Assembly (NCBI RefSeq): GCF_006345805.1
Contig: NC_043002.1
Span: 52,886,001 to 52,950,000, forward strand
Origin: Octopus sinensis
Lineage: Eukaryota
Direction: 5' to 3'
DNA length: 64,000 nucleotides
Shown here: in pieces, positions 52,001 to 64,000 of the stretch
How the letters are laid out: each line of letters opens with the position of its first letter
Numbering within the stretch: the first letter of the stretch is position 1
Program-made: the position numbers and the translations under genes
The notes under the pieces: model-generated
The model's database searches: none
Told to the model about the DNA's origin: nothing
Seen by the model: only the letters and a program-made list of their open reading frames with translations

Positions 52001-54827
52001 GCAGAAGACACTTACCCAAGCTGCCACACAGTGGAACTCACACCTTCACCCTGCCCATATATATGTATATATATGTATGTATGTATGCATGTTGGTATGT
52101 ATATGTATATTATCATCATTTTAATGTTCAATATTTCATGCTTGCATAGGTTGGACAAAATTTATTGAAGCAGATTTTCTATGGTTGGATACCCTTCCCG
52201 CTACCAACTTTCAACTGTTCCCAAGCAAGATAATATTTTCCCCATAACCAGATATATTTTCACAAAAGACTGGAAATAAAGAACACTGCTTTTTTGATAG
52301 TGACATTCATTTACAACTACCATGTCATGTCAAGACACAGACACACATATACTATGGGCTTTCAATTTCTATCAACTAAATTCACTCATTAAGTATTGGA
52401 TGATAAGGACCTAAAGTAGAAGACACTTGTCCAAGGTGCTCTGCAGTGGGACTGAACCTGAAACCATAAGGTTGCAAAGTGAGCTTCTTGACCACACAGC
52501 CACACCTGCATCTATTCATATATAAGTTACAAATGACAGAAAAAATTTGATGAAATTTTATTTAACAATAAGAAAATTCTAATTTCATAACAAATTGCTT
52601 TGCAACTTAAAAACATATAAATAGGCTTGGCATCATCTGAATATATTAGACACCATTTCAGTTATAAACACAAGAGGTACAAGTATGTCAGGGCTTCTTT
52701 GCTATGCTGAAGGTTTACTTGATGTACTACTAAGGAGTGTTGGCTAAATAAATTTACAAACATTAATTTGTACAGACAGTCGAAAAAGTAATTAGTTTAA
52801 TCTGAGTATTATATACAAAATGTTGAACATAATCATAAAAATCATAAAACATTAAATTTCTCCATATGTCTTTATACTATCATTTATTGTTGTAGTCAGG
52901 CAAAGAGAGAGAGAGAAAAAAAAAGAGAATCAGATATGATTGTTTGTAGAAATTATAAATATTTAAGAATGCAAGCACCTGAATGTATGCAAGATTTAGA
53001 ACGCTGAATTATGATGAATAAGCAAACAAACAGCAGCCCGAAAAACAATGGAGGAACAACACACAGAAAAATATGAAAGAGAACGAAGCTTCCACAGATA
53101 AAAATGGTAATGATGACAAGTATAGCTGGAAGAAAGCCAAAAGGGTGTTAGGAAAAGAAAAGAAAAGAAACCGAGCAAAAGAGAATAACATCCATTATGA
53201 AGAGATTCGGGTGTAAATTAGAAAGATACAAAAACTAATAGAAAAATTTCATTGCATAAGGTAAAGTTTGGCAAGAACACACGAGTGCCAGCAAAAGAGC
53301 TGTCTAAAATATCACCAAGCTAAATTTACTTATGTAGACAGGTGTTAAAATAATACATAGTTCACTACAGAATATAATGAGTAGTTAGCCCTAGTGGTTG
53401 CCTGGAATGTAATCTAATTGAATTGTTGAGCTAGTGGGACATGAATTAATAAAAAAAAAAAGTTGAGTTCTAGATAGAATGTTTTACTGTATTTCTTTTT
53501 GTCCTCTCCAATCTGAATTCATGTTCTGACGGAGTTTATTTTGCTATTTATCTCTCTAGGTTCAATAAATACCAGATATGACTGGGTCAATTCAGTCAGC
53601 CATACTATCCCCCTTCAAAATTTGGTCTAACCAACCAAATTTTGAATCTGACAGGCTTTTAAAGGAGAATTAAGAGTAAATGTGTGGTTGTGTAACCTGC
53701 TAGAAATAGCAGACAAATATGCAACAAATCACACCCTTTTCTTAAACACAGAGAAAGGACACATCAAAAATAATGTAGGATCATAGGTCTACATTAAAAA
53801 CTTCTTGAAGGCTTTATAAAATCTAAACTTGAGGAAATATAAGTACTTTGTGATTACAATCAAAGGAGTACACCAGAAAAAGAAGAGACGGAACTCAAAT
53901 CTATTTTGTGCAGTCAGAACTCATTTCCAAATATTTTGTTTTTTCATCTACTTATGTTACTAGATGTAGTGTGCTAGAGCCTATATAAGTTTCCATAGAA
54001 ACAGTGATACATGTCAATAGTTGAACAGCATACTAATATGTTGTAGGTATTACTCATGAGAGAATTTGAACTTTATGTAGTAAGCTAAATTTTACTTCCT
54101 CTATCTACTTCTTTCACTCTATAAAAACTTCAATAAGTGAAATCTTTCATAGACACCCAAGATTCACTGGGCTAGTGCTTAATTCTGGCTCCAAATCAAT
54201 CTCAATCCACAAGAGTCCAATTTATTACTGGTAAAATGCAAAATTTCTCATGAGAGACTCTGAACTCTGTATGACACCAACAAAGTAATTCTAAAGTGCT
54301 GTCACTTGCTCATCACAGTCATAGAGAAAATCATGCGAAGTTTATGATACATACAGCAGGCTGCCATGGGTTGTGGAGAGCCACACTATACAACTCCTAA
54401 TGACAACTTACAAGCTGCAAAATGTCTCACACCCTTGTCCAGTTCATTAACTATCTACTAGTTATTTACTTGTAACTTGGTGATGTGAGCATCCTTAACT
54501 GGCAAGTTTCTTTACTATGGTAATGATATTAGGAACTGTCAACTTGTAGGCCAATTGTCAGAGAACCCATATAACTTAACTCTCTGTGACATGAGCCAAT
54601 GAAGAAATCTTCAAGTGGTCACTTAACATGGCAAGCCACTAAATCTTCCACAAAACACCCACGACTCTAATAAAATATCACATTGGATACTATAGACTTG
54701 GTAACACTCTTGCTGACAAAAAGGTGTGATGGTCATAACTTGAATACTTTTGATCATAGGTCAACTTAACGATACTCTACTTGGAAACTAAGCAATAACC
54801 ACAGTTATTGTTATATTTTATGAATTT

Positions 54828-55205
54828 ATAGGTGCAGGAGTAGCTGTGTGGTAAGTAGCTTGCTTACCACATGGTTCCGGGTTCAGTCCCACTGTGTGGC
54901 ACCTTGGGCAAGTATCTTCTACTATAGACTTGGGCCGACCAAAGCCTTGTGACTGGATTTGGCAGACGGAAACTGAAATAAGCCTGTCGTATATATATGT
55001 ATGTATGTATATGTTTGTGCCCCTACCATCACTTGACAATCAATGCTAATGTGTTTATGTCCCCTGTAACTTAGCGGTTCAGCAAAAGACAGATAGAATA
55101 AGTACTAGGCATACAAAGAATAAGTCTTGGGGTTGATTTGCTTGACTGAAGGCAGTGCTCCAGCGTGGCCAGTCATATGACTAAAACAAATAAAAGAATA
55201 AAAGA
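54828..55205 (+). mobile_element. SINE family C full-length copy
   Basis: Head ggtgcaggagtagctgtgtggtaagtagcttgcttacc..ccgggttcagtcccactg; tail actaaaacaaataaaagaataaaagaa. Confidence 0.85.
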
Positions 55206-57235
55206 ATTATCTTTAAAGGAACTGAATTCCACAAACAAAATGTAAGTTCCTTTGAGGCAAAGAAGGTTGCCATATTTCTACCCCTGTCAAACTATCCTAA
55301 GAATAGCTATCCCACTTTCTTACTAAATTAGTAATTAATCTTTCAAAAAATATGTTCACATAGAAGTCTGGTGCAGGCTTCTGCCTGGCCAGCTCCTGTC
55401 AAACCGTCTCACCCATACCAGCATGGAAGGTGGATGGTATTGTGCAAATATAAACAAATCTGTTGAACTGATACTCACCATTCATTAGTGATTTCAGTCA
55501 TTAAACAGTGACTGTGCTAGAACACACACTTCAAGGGTACAGTCAGATTATATTGATTCCAGAGGGATGGAAAGCAAGGTGAACCGAGATAGGATTTGAA
55601 TTCTAAAATGTAAAAGAACATAACCATATCCTACAAGGTACTGTCTTTGATGCTTCACTTATTCGGCCACCCAAAATAGCAAGTAAAAATATATAAATAT
55701 ATCAATGGCAATTTCCAGTCAGCAGGAATGTTTCTTTGGGGAAGAACTGCATTAAACAGCAATTATGGAAATAAGCTGGAAATTTAGCAGCATAACATAA
55801 ACAGTCAACTGCTCAAATCCTGTTCCACTGGAGCAGAAACAAATTATTTATAGCCAACTGCTACAGATGGAATTGCTGTAAATTTCTTTTGGAAAATACT
55901 TTGGGATTCAAGACAGTTGATTTAATTCAAGTTGCTTGGGGGTTAAATGCCAAGTTATAATATATCATAGAAAGAAAGTATAAAGAAGCGTTGCCTAGTA
56001 AAAGAATTTATTGCTGAAATCCAGATCCTCTGTATGTTTTGCAAGATCTGTACTTGGAAAATTTCTTTTCAAGACAAGCTTGGGCAAATATTTTCTGTTT
56101 TTTTAATTTTTTTATAGAAGACTAGTTTGTCGTCATGTTCATGTTTGCCCCCACCCTCATTTGACAACTGATGTTGGTTTGTTTACATCCCCATAACATA
56201 GCAGTTTGGAAAAGTGGCCGATAAAATAAGTACTGGATTTAAGAAAAAAAAAAAAAAATTACTAGAGTCAAGTTGTTTGATGTTTGACTAAACCCTTCAA
56301 GACACTGCTCCAGCATGGCTGCAATCAAGTGTGTGAAACAAGTAAAAGATAAAAGATATTTGTACAGATTTTACGGGCAAGGGATAGAATTGTTCTGTAA
56401 GGCAAAGTATTTATACCAAAAGTTAAGAACCACCGTTAGACAAATGGTTGGTACTATTCCTATTCATTCAACATGGAAATAACAATCAAATCTATTTCCA
56501 CATTGGCCTAGAGTGGTGAAGTAAGCAGATTATTTTGCTTGAGAATAATTTCAACAATGTCATGAACAAAATATCCAGTTATTCTACTTATATGATATTC
56601 TAATTTTGCACTAGTTGTTGTTTAGCACTAGGACAGACCAGTGTGAGTAGACTTAAGATGGAAGGCATTCCAAACATGACCATCTGACTGACTTATGTTT
56701 TTTATTTATTGTTTCAGAGATGGTGAAGTATAATTTTACATATATTTTGCTGCTTTTACTAGTAGGTTTAGTCCTTCAGTATCTAAACTAACCACTGACC
56801 ATATATGGCCCAAGTCTAAGTAGAGACTCCTCTAGTGGCTCAAATATACATAGCTTAGACGACTGTGAAGTACAGGAATAGTTATATGTATAGATGAGAG
56901 ATAGAAAGAAATGAGTTACAAGTAAGCAGGTGAAAAATGAAAGTGTGGGGATGAGGTGAACCGGGAGAAAAGGGTCAGTGATATCAATGGCTGAGGGGGC
57001 CCCACTAGAACAGGAGGAGTGAGGAAGATCATGTGGGCAGAAGTAGGACCAATGTGGGGAATTCTTTGCTTCATTTTTCCAACCTGAGTGATCTGGACCA
57101 ATATGAAATGAGAGGTTTGGTCAAGAATGCAACACATTGCCAGGTCCAGGAATTGAAACGACAATCTTAAGAACATGAGTCCAACACCCTAAAAACAATG
57201 TCTATACACCTCCACTTTGATACCACTATTTATAA

Positions 57236-57640
57236 ATAACTAGCAGTATCGCCCGGCGTTGCTCGGGTTTGTAAGGGAAATAACTATATAAGCATTTTTA
57301 GAGAGTTATAGCCAAAAAAAGCAAAAAAATGCATTAAAAATGGAAAAAAAAGTGATAGTAAATTTTTTTTTAAATCGTTGACTCATCGTAGACATTTTTA
57401 GAGAGTTACTTCCCTTATATAATAGCGAAAAAATGCATTAAAATGGAAAAAAAATGATAGTAAATTATTTTTAAAATCGTAGACTCATCGTAGAGACGTG
57501 CTAATACCCAAAAGGGCTCGATATGAATCCCGACTATAAGATACCCGCTTTTGGTTACACTGCACCGCAAAATGTGGGAGTAGTTAGGAATCTAAATCGT
57601 AGGAGAAAGACATACAACTTCACTTTTATATATAAAGATT
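57236..57640 (+). mobile_element. Non-autonomous Helitron/Helentron-like element
   Basis: Starts taactagcagtatcgcccggcgttgctcgggt (subterminal hairpin), has an internal ~110-bp direct repeat (57290-57400 and 57395-57495) and ends ttttatatataaagat. Confidence 0.65.
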
Positions 57641-58377
57641 TACAGAACGCCAAAGATAATTTGGGATAAAAATAAAGATTTAACAATTGGAAATGACATA
57701 CACCAAATAAATCATAAGTCTATATTCACCGTTTTTGTAAATTATGTTACTTAAGATTTTGGTCACAAAGGGGCATTCTGGTCACTGACTAACACCTAGA
57801 TGTTGTTCTTAGCACCAGTTTAATTATAATTATTGCCTCAGTTTCATAAACATTAACTTTCAAGAGCTGTGTGATGATAAAACTAAAAAGAAGTAACTCT
57901 AAGACTGCTGGTTCATTACATAATCCTAACAACAAATGTAGAAAGAAAAAAAAAAAACAGATACAAATATAACTGTCAAAACCCAGAATCTCTTCAAAAG
58001 CTCCCCCCACATACAGACATCCTATCTTATGAAACAAAATTCATTAGGATCTATTTATACATATACACTATTGTGGGTGTAAGCATACATACTTATATAT
58101 TTATATGCATACACTTACACTCACACACATACTACACATATATATGTACATTATATATATATATATACAGATCATGATAATAATGATCTATATATATATA
58201 TATCATTATCATCATGAAGAGGTTTGGAAGGTTCTGTCAAAATGTCCATATGTGGCACCAATAAAAAGCTAGCTACTAACCTACCTAGATTTTTTCTTTT
58301 TACTTTTTATTTTCATCACTTTTTATTTTTCTTCTTGTAATCTAATAGGATGTAGAGAACTACAACATATCTGTTAC

Positions 58378-58425
58378 CTGTCATCTCTGCCATATTTAGT
58401 CCATCAGGCGTAACTATTTCTTATA
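58378..58425 (-). CDS. Candidate NCX cassette exon with three tandem acceptors (48/42/36 nt): (E)IVTPDGLNMAEMT|G
   Basis: Long pyrimidine tract cttctgctccttctcgctttccctttctctatattag, donor ACAG|gtaaca; all three variants phase 1/1; the 48-nt form has an in-frame TAA. Confidence 0.4.
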
Positions 58426-59761
58426 CTAATATAGAGAAAGGGAAAGCGAGAAGGAGCAGAAGTGCACAAGTACTATTAGTAGTAAACTGATAGCCCCTGC
58501 ATTGCAATATTTTCACACATGATAACAATCTCCTCTATATCAGATACACTGTTGATATATATATGTATATATATATTTATATATACACACACATATCTAT
58601 CTATTTACATATATATATATATATACACACACATATCTATCTATTTACATATATATATATGTATTTATATATATACATACACATATTTATTCACATTTTA
58701 AACTTATGCAAAAGAAAAGTAGATAGAATTCAAAGGAAATTTCTCATTCATTATCATTCTTCTCCTCCTCTTCTTCATCATCATCATTCACGTAATAAAA
58801 TGTTTTAATAGCCTAATAGCTATGTTACACCCCCCCCCCCCACGCCACATACTTAAATAGTTCTTCCGAATAGAAATATCATAAATGGATAATATTTCAA
58901 ATTGTACACTACAACAAAGTTACTTAGTAGGTTTCCAGATTTCTTTTTCTTTCCTCAACAGACAAACCTAAAATTGAAAATTTAAAAGCTATATCTAATA
59001 TCAAAACTTCGAACATACATTATGCCATCATTAAATGTAACTAAATTGAAGTGATTACTGTTCTTTAAAGTTTCTGACAGCTAAATGACTCGGCTCTCTG
59101 AATATGTGAGACAAAACAGAGTAAGGAAAGACAGGGTGAGGCACGAAATCCAATTTCCAAGAACAAAAGCAGGTGATTTTGAAACTATGGGGAAGTAATT
59201 AGCAAAGTTCACAATAAGAAATTCTAATGGAAGATCTAAATACCACAAATATTAAATTAAACAATATTAATCCTTTCTGCTACAGGCATAAGGCCTGAAA
59301 ATTTTAGGAAGCGGGCTAGTTGATTACATTGATTACATTGATTATATTGACCCCAATATGTAACTGGTACTTATTTCATCAACTTCGATAGGATGAAAGG
59401 CAAAGTCAATGAATTAAATGCCACTAAGCATTTTGTCTGATGTGCAAACAATTCTGCCAGCTTGCTACCTTAAATTAAACCAAAATAATACAAAAAAAGG
59501 TTGGTAACAGGAAAAGCATCTAGCTGCAGACAATCTTCCTCAATAAGTCTTGCCTGGCCAATGCCAGCATGGAAAAATAAGCGTAAAAATGATTATGATC
59601 TCTCCCTCTCTGAAACACAAATGCACATATACACATATGCAAGTCTGTGTAAAATGCATCCCAGTTCCAATGCAGAGTATTCAGTTTTTCATTGACTGAA
59701 CTACCTGCACATTAAATTAGCATGTAAGTGGCTTAGTATTCCACAGACATGTTGTGTACCC

Positions 59762-60205
59762 TTAACCCTTTTGCATTTAAATCAACCATATTTAATCCTG
59801 TTATTCTACCTGTCTTATATTCAAACTGACCAGATCTGGCTTCTAACACCCACCCAACAATTATTTACATTATTTACATTTGATGGACATTTGTCCTCAT
59901 CTTGTTTGTTGTTAACCCAACATTTCGGCTGATGTTCAAAATTCCCCCAGGATACTTGGAGAGTATATCAGCTGAAACGTTAGCAACAAACAAGATGAGG
60001 ACAAATATCCGTCAATGTAAATAATGTAAATGATGTACATAATTTCTCATCTCCCAAATATAGAACTATCCAACGATGTCATTCTAAAAATAAACAATCA
60101 CATCGTTGAAATCTGGAAGTTATGAAATAATGCATGATTAATTCAAAACAACATGAATAAATAAGCATTACATTTGAGAAAGTAAGCTGAATGCTAAAGG
60201 ATTAA
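59762..60205. mobile_element. piggyBac-like MITE (family 2) carrying an inserted Penelope-related palindrome (59860-60067)
   Basis: ttaacccttttgcatt ... aatgctaaaggattaa termini; the insert has inverted arms of about 70 bp matching 22750-22797 and 23118-23185. Confidence 0.7.
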
Positions 60206-60914
60206 TGTAAATCTTCAGGCAAAAATCAACATGACCCAGTGTGTAACAATTATGTATCATTGACTTATCTGCACTCTTTCTGTTAATCCATTTCTATTCA
60301 GAAGGTTTGGATTAACCCAAGTCTTTGGCAAGAGTCACTTGTCCGCCATGCCATACAATAGAAGCAAACCCAGGATCTTGTGATTACAAAGAGGACTTGC
60401 AAACTATTCAGTCATCCAGTGTTCACACACACACAAATGTACCTCTAAATAGATACACTCATACACTTATGTGTGTGTGTGTGTGTGTGTATCATCATTG
60501 TTTAACAGCTACCTTCCAGGCTGGCATGGGTGGGACATTATACACACACACACGCTTGTGTATCTATATATATCTTTTATCTTTCACTTGTTTAGTCATT
60601 AGACTTTGGCCATGCTAGGATAACACCCTAAAGAACTTTTAGCTGAACAAATCAACCCCAATACTTTTTTTTTAAGACTGGTGCTTATTCTATTGGTCTC
60701 TGTTGCTGAACTGTACATAAACACGCCAACACTGATTGTCAAGTGATGGTGGGATACACACACGACAGGCTTCCTTCAGTTTCCATCTACCAAATCCACT
60801 CACAAAGCTGTGGTCGGCCCAAAGCTATAGTAGAAGACACTTGCCCAAGATGCTACGCAGAAAGACTGAACTGAATGTCATGAGGTTGGGAAGCAAACTT
60901 CTTGCCATGACAGC

Positions 60915-60983
<69 letters not shown>

Positions 60984-62146
60984 ACATAAGGAGAAGGAGA
61001 GAGATAGATACATACATAAGACTGTGTTGGTGTGAACAACTAAAAAAAAAATTCAAGGATGGAAAATAAATGTTTTACTTCACTATTTTCACTTTCAATA
61101 AAAGTAACATTTCAAAAAAAAAATGGAACACTGGGTGAAATTTGGAAGTATCATGAATACTTATGTCTAGTAAGAGAAAATAAACTTGACTGTTGCTTCA
61201 TAAAGAAACAACTTAAGTCAGTAGCAATTATATTCCTGTATGTGTTTCTACAATACACAAAAGTTTCAACCATTTTATTTCTCTTTTTTTCGTTTTTCTT
61301 TGTAAACTACACTGATAGAGTTATTTCCCCTTACAAACACCTAAAAATTGACTGAAGAACAGACGATATGGTAGAAACAGGGAAGAACCAGATTGAATGA
61401 TCTGCAGTGTGGCTGTGCAGTTAAGAAGTCTGCTTCCCAATCACATATTTTTGGGTTCAGTCCTACTGCATGGTACCTTGGGCTAGTGTCTTCTACTATT
61501 ACTCCAGCCTCATTAAAGCCTTGTGAATGAATACAATAGATAGAAACTAAATGATTTTGAAAATGAGATTGTTTATTTTTACAATATTTTTACAGTAGGT
61601 GTGAGAGGTTAGACATGGCCAGCTTTAACATGAATCAGGTAGAATATTTGGGCTGGGCATGGCTGGTTTAACTGCTAAGGAGTTAACCTAAGCCATTTGA
61701 GTGAAACTTGAAAGACAGAAAATATGTAGAGGCCTGTCTTTTTATGTTGTTGTTGGGTGTTTGATTTATTAACACCTTCATCTTTTCTTTGAGTGCCTTT
61801 ACTACAGTAATCTCAGGCAACTTATTGGAGTTAGGCATCCAATCTGAGAACAATCTCTGCTTGCTTTGCTCCCATCAGTGACAAAAGTTCTGTAAAGAAA
61901 CTTTCCCTTTCTGACTAAAATATATAAAACAGATAGAATGAAGGAAAGAAAAAAAGAAAGGAAGAAAGAATAAAAGGAATATCACAGAGGAGAATCTGAA
62001 GAAATTTTAAAGAATTTTTATTTCTTCATTAAATAACAGATTCTGTCAAAATATAAGTAACCAGATGAGCCATGTCAATGAAGTAGATATATTTCCAAAA
62101 ATAAAGAAAACTAATTACATGTTCCCCTTAAAATTTTCATTTTATA

Positions 62147-62546
62147 GTTGCAGGCATGGTTGTGAGGTAATAAAGCTTTCTTCACAACACATGGTTCTGG
62201 GTTCTGTCCCACTGTGTGGCACTTTGGACAATTATTTTTTACTATAGCCACAGGCTAACTAAAGCCTGTGAGTGGATTTCGTAGACGGAAATTGAAAGAA
62301 GCCTATCATGTGTGTGTGTGTATTATATATGTATATATATGAGTGTTCCACCACCACTTGACAACTGGTGTTGGTATGTTTACATCCCCTGCAATTTAGC
62401 AGTTCAGCAAAAGAGACTGATAGAATAAGTACAAGGTTTTTTTTAAAAAAAAAAGTCCTGTTTTTGATTTGACCGACTAAAACTCTTGATGGCAATGCCC
62501 AAACATGGCCACAGTCAAATGACTGAAACAAGTAAAAGATAAAAGA
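62147..62546 (+). mobile_element. SINE family C copy
   Basis: Full head-to-tail match to 30350-30745 and 54828-55205. Confidence 0.85.
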
Positions 62547-62717
62547 CAAACACAATATGTTCTAGACAACATAGAATAGGTTCTCTCTTTCTATGAGTTG
62601 GTCTATATTAAACATCAAGAGGTCACCAAATTATCTAATACTCTTCAACGCTGTTTAAATCCAATATAATCTCTTTGTTGGGTGGAATGCCAACATCTTA
62701 GCCATCAAATCTTCATT

Positions 62718-63106
62718 TTTATCTTTTATCTTTTACTTATTTCAGTCATTAGACTGTGGCCATGCTGGAGGCACTGTCTTCATGAATTTTTAGTTGAATG
62801 AATCAACCTCAATACTTATTCCTTCTAAATCTGGCACTTTTTCTATAGGACACTTTTGTGAAACTGCTAAGTTATAGGGATGTAAACACATCAACAGCAG
62901 TTATCAAGCAGTGATGGGGGAAAAACAATGCACACAAACACATAAGATGGGCTTCTTTCAGTTTCCGTCTACCAAATCCACTTGCAAGGCTTTGGTCAGC
63001 CTGAGACTATAGTAGAAGACACTTGCCCAATTTTGCCATGCAGTGGGACTGAACCTGGAACCAAGTTGCTGGGAAGCAAATTTCTTACCACGCAGCTATA
63101 CCTGCA
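62718..63106 (-). mobile_element. SINE family C copy, inverted relative to 62147-62546
   Basis: Reverse complement of the family C consensus. Confidence 0.85.
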
Positions 63107-64000
63107 TCTTGTTTAGGGTTGTTCTTTTCGTTTTTTTCATTACAGTGCATATAACTGTAGTGAGGTGTAGTAAAGCTATTATCAAAACTAGAACTTGTTT
63201 AGTAACGGCAACAACAACAAAAAAAAAAAAAACAGAAAAGAAAGAAATGAACAAAATGAGAATGAATAAAATAGAGGGAGAAGGCAAAGGACAAAATGAG
63301 CAGAAACAACAGGTGTAAGCAACATACAAAGTGATCAAGAGAAAGAAGAAATGAGAGAAACTTTGTATACAAATAAATAAATAGAAAAAACAGATATTAA
63401 CATCAAATAATTGTGTCCAAAAGTACATGATTTCTCACAGACATATTTATACACGAACATCACAAGAATTTCAAGTTACATGAAAATAATAAAAAGCGAA
63501 TAAATCTTCATGTCAAAATCAGGCACATTTCTTAAAGATTTTTCATGAGTAGTTTCCAAAATAAACTACTTTATTTAAAATTCATTTAGCCTCTAGCCTT
63601 CTCTGCTGTAATGCTTCGTGTGCAAGGCAGCATAATGCTTATTAATATAATTCTCATTCAGAAACACTCTTAAAAGCATTTCACAATAAATCTATTTCTT
63701 TGGCATTAATCCCTGGTTTTAGATATTTTCATAAAATTTTTTTACTTTAAATTTACGCTGCATAAATGTGTTTGCCACCCTTAAATGGTATTTTAGAAAT
63801 CTTTACTACTTTTCACTCAACTGAGACTCAAATGGCTAAAAATATAAAAGAATATGGCTAAGGTTTCTAGAATATCTAGAATATACCTCAAAGTGTCAAT
63901 TATCATTCAAGCCATTCCATTCAATTAATCAAATGTTCCCCAATCATAAAAGCAAAAACTTATAGAATTTTGATATTTTAAACATAAAAATACTATAACA

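Noticed and set aside
53073-53216. Short Lys/Glu-rich plus-strand ORF (MKENEASTDK...)
   Set aside because: Purine-rich low-complexity sequence, under 50 aa, no homology recognised.

Overview
AT-rich eukaryotic genomic DNA, almost certainly octopus (inferred from the SINE landscape and close resemblance to the squid Na+/Ca2+ exchanger as I recall it). The whole window lies inside one minus-strand gene, an SLC8/NCX Na+/Ca2+ exchanger. Two unambiguous constitutive exons are present (4565-4686 and 1105-1204), encoding the C-terminal half of CBD2 and the start of the linker to the C-terminal membrane segments: ...ELGKPRRGENIKITVHITESTEFK|SVVDKLLKKANLSLVVSTSSWREQFIEAITVNA. The flanking constitutive exons lie outside the window, so the remaining >59 kb is the alternatively spliced CBD2 loop region. 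Main discovery: this region holds three mutually paralogous, in-frame, phase-1/phase-1 exons of 171, 192 and 183 nt (28587-28757, 18003-18194, 13010-13192). They encode Ser-rich inserts of about 60 aa that begin G[ST][IM]S[HT][FY][FL] and end H-x(1-2)-[MA]-S|G, with the same TCAG|GTCAG donor. Several candidate micro-exons in the same phase are also present, so this looks like a duplicated-exon splice cassette in the NCX regulatory loop. The rest is intronic repeat: four SINE families, Tc1/mariner, piggyBac-like, hAT-like and Helitron-like elements, RTE, R4/Dong-like and Penelope fragments (one with a tRNA-like head and hammerhead-ribozyme relics), a 384-bp tandem duplication and a 1.8-kb TA/TACA microsatellite. 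Most ORF-track entries are spurious. Repeat coordinates are approximate and only representative SINE copies are listed.
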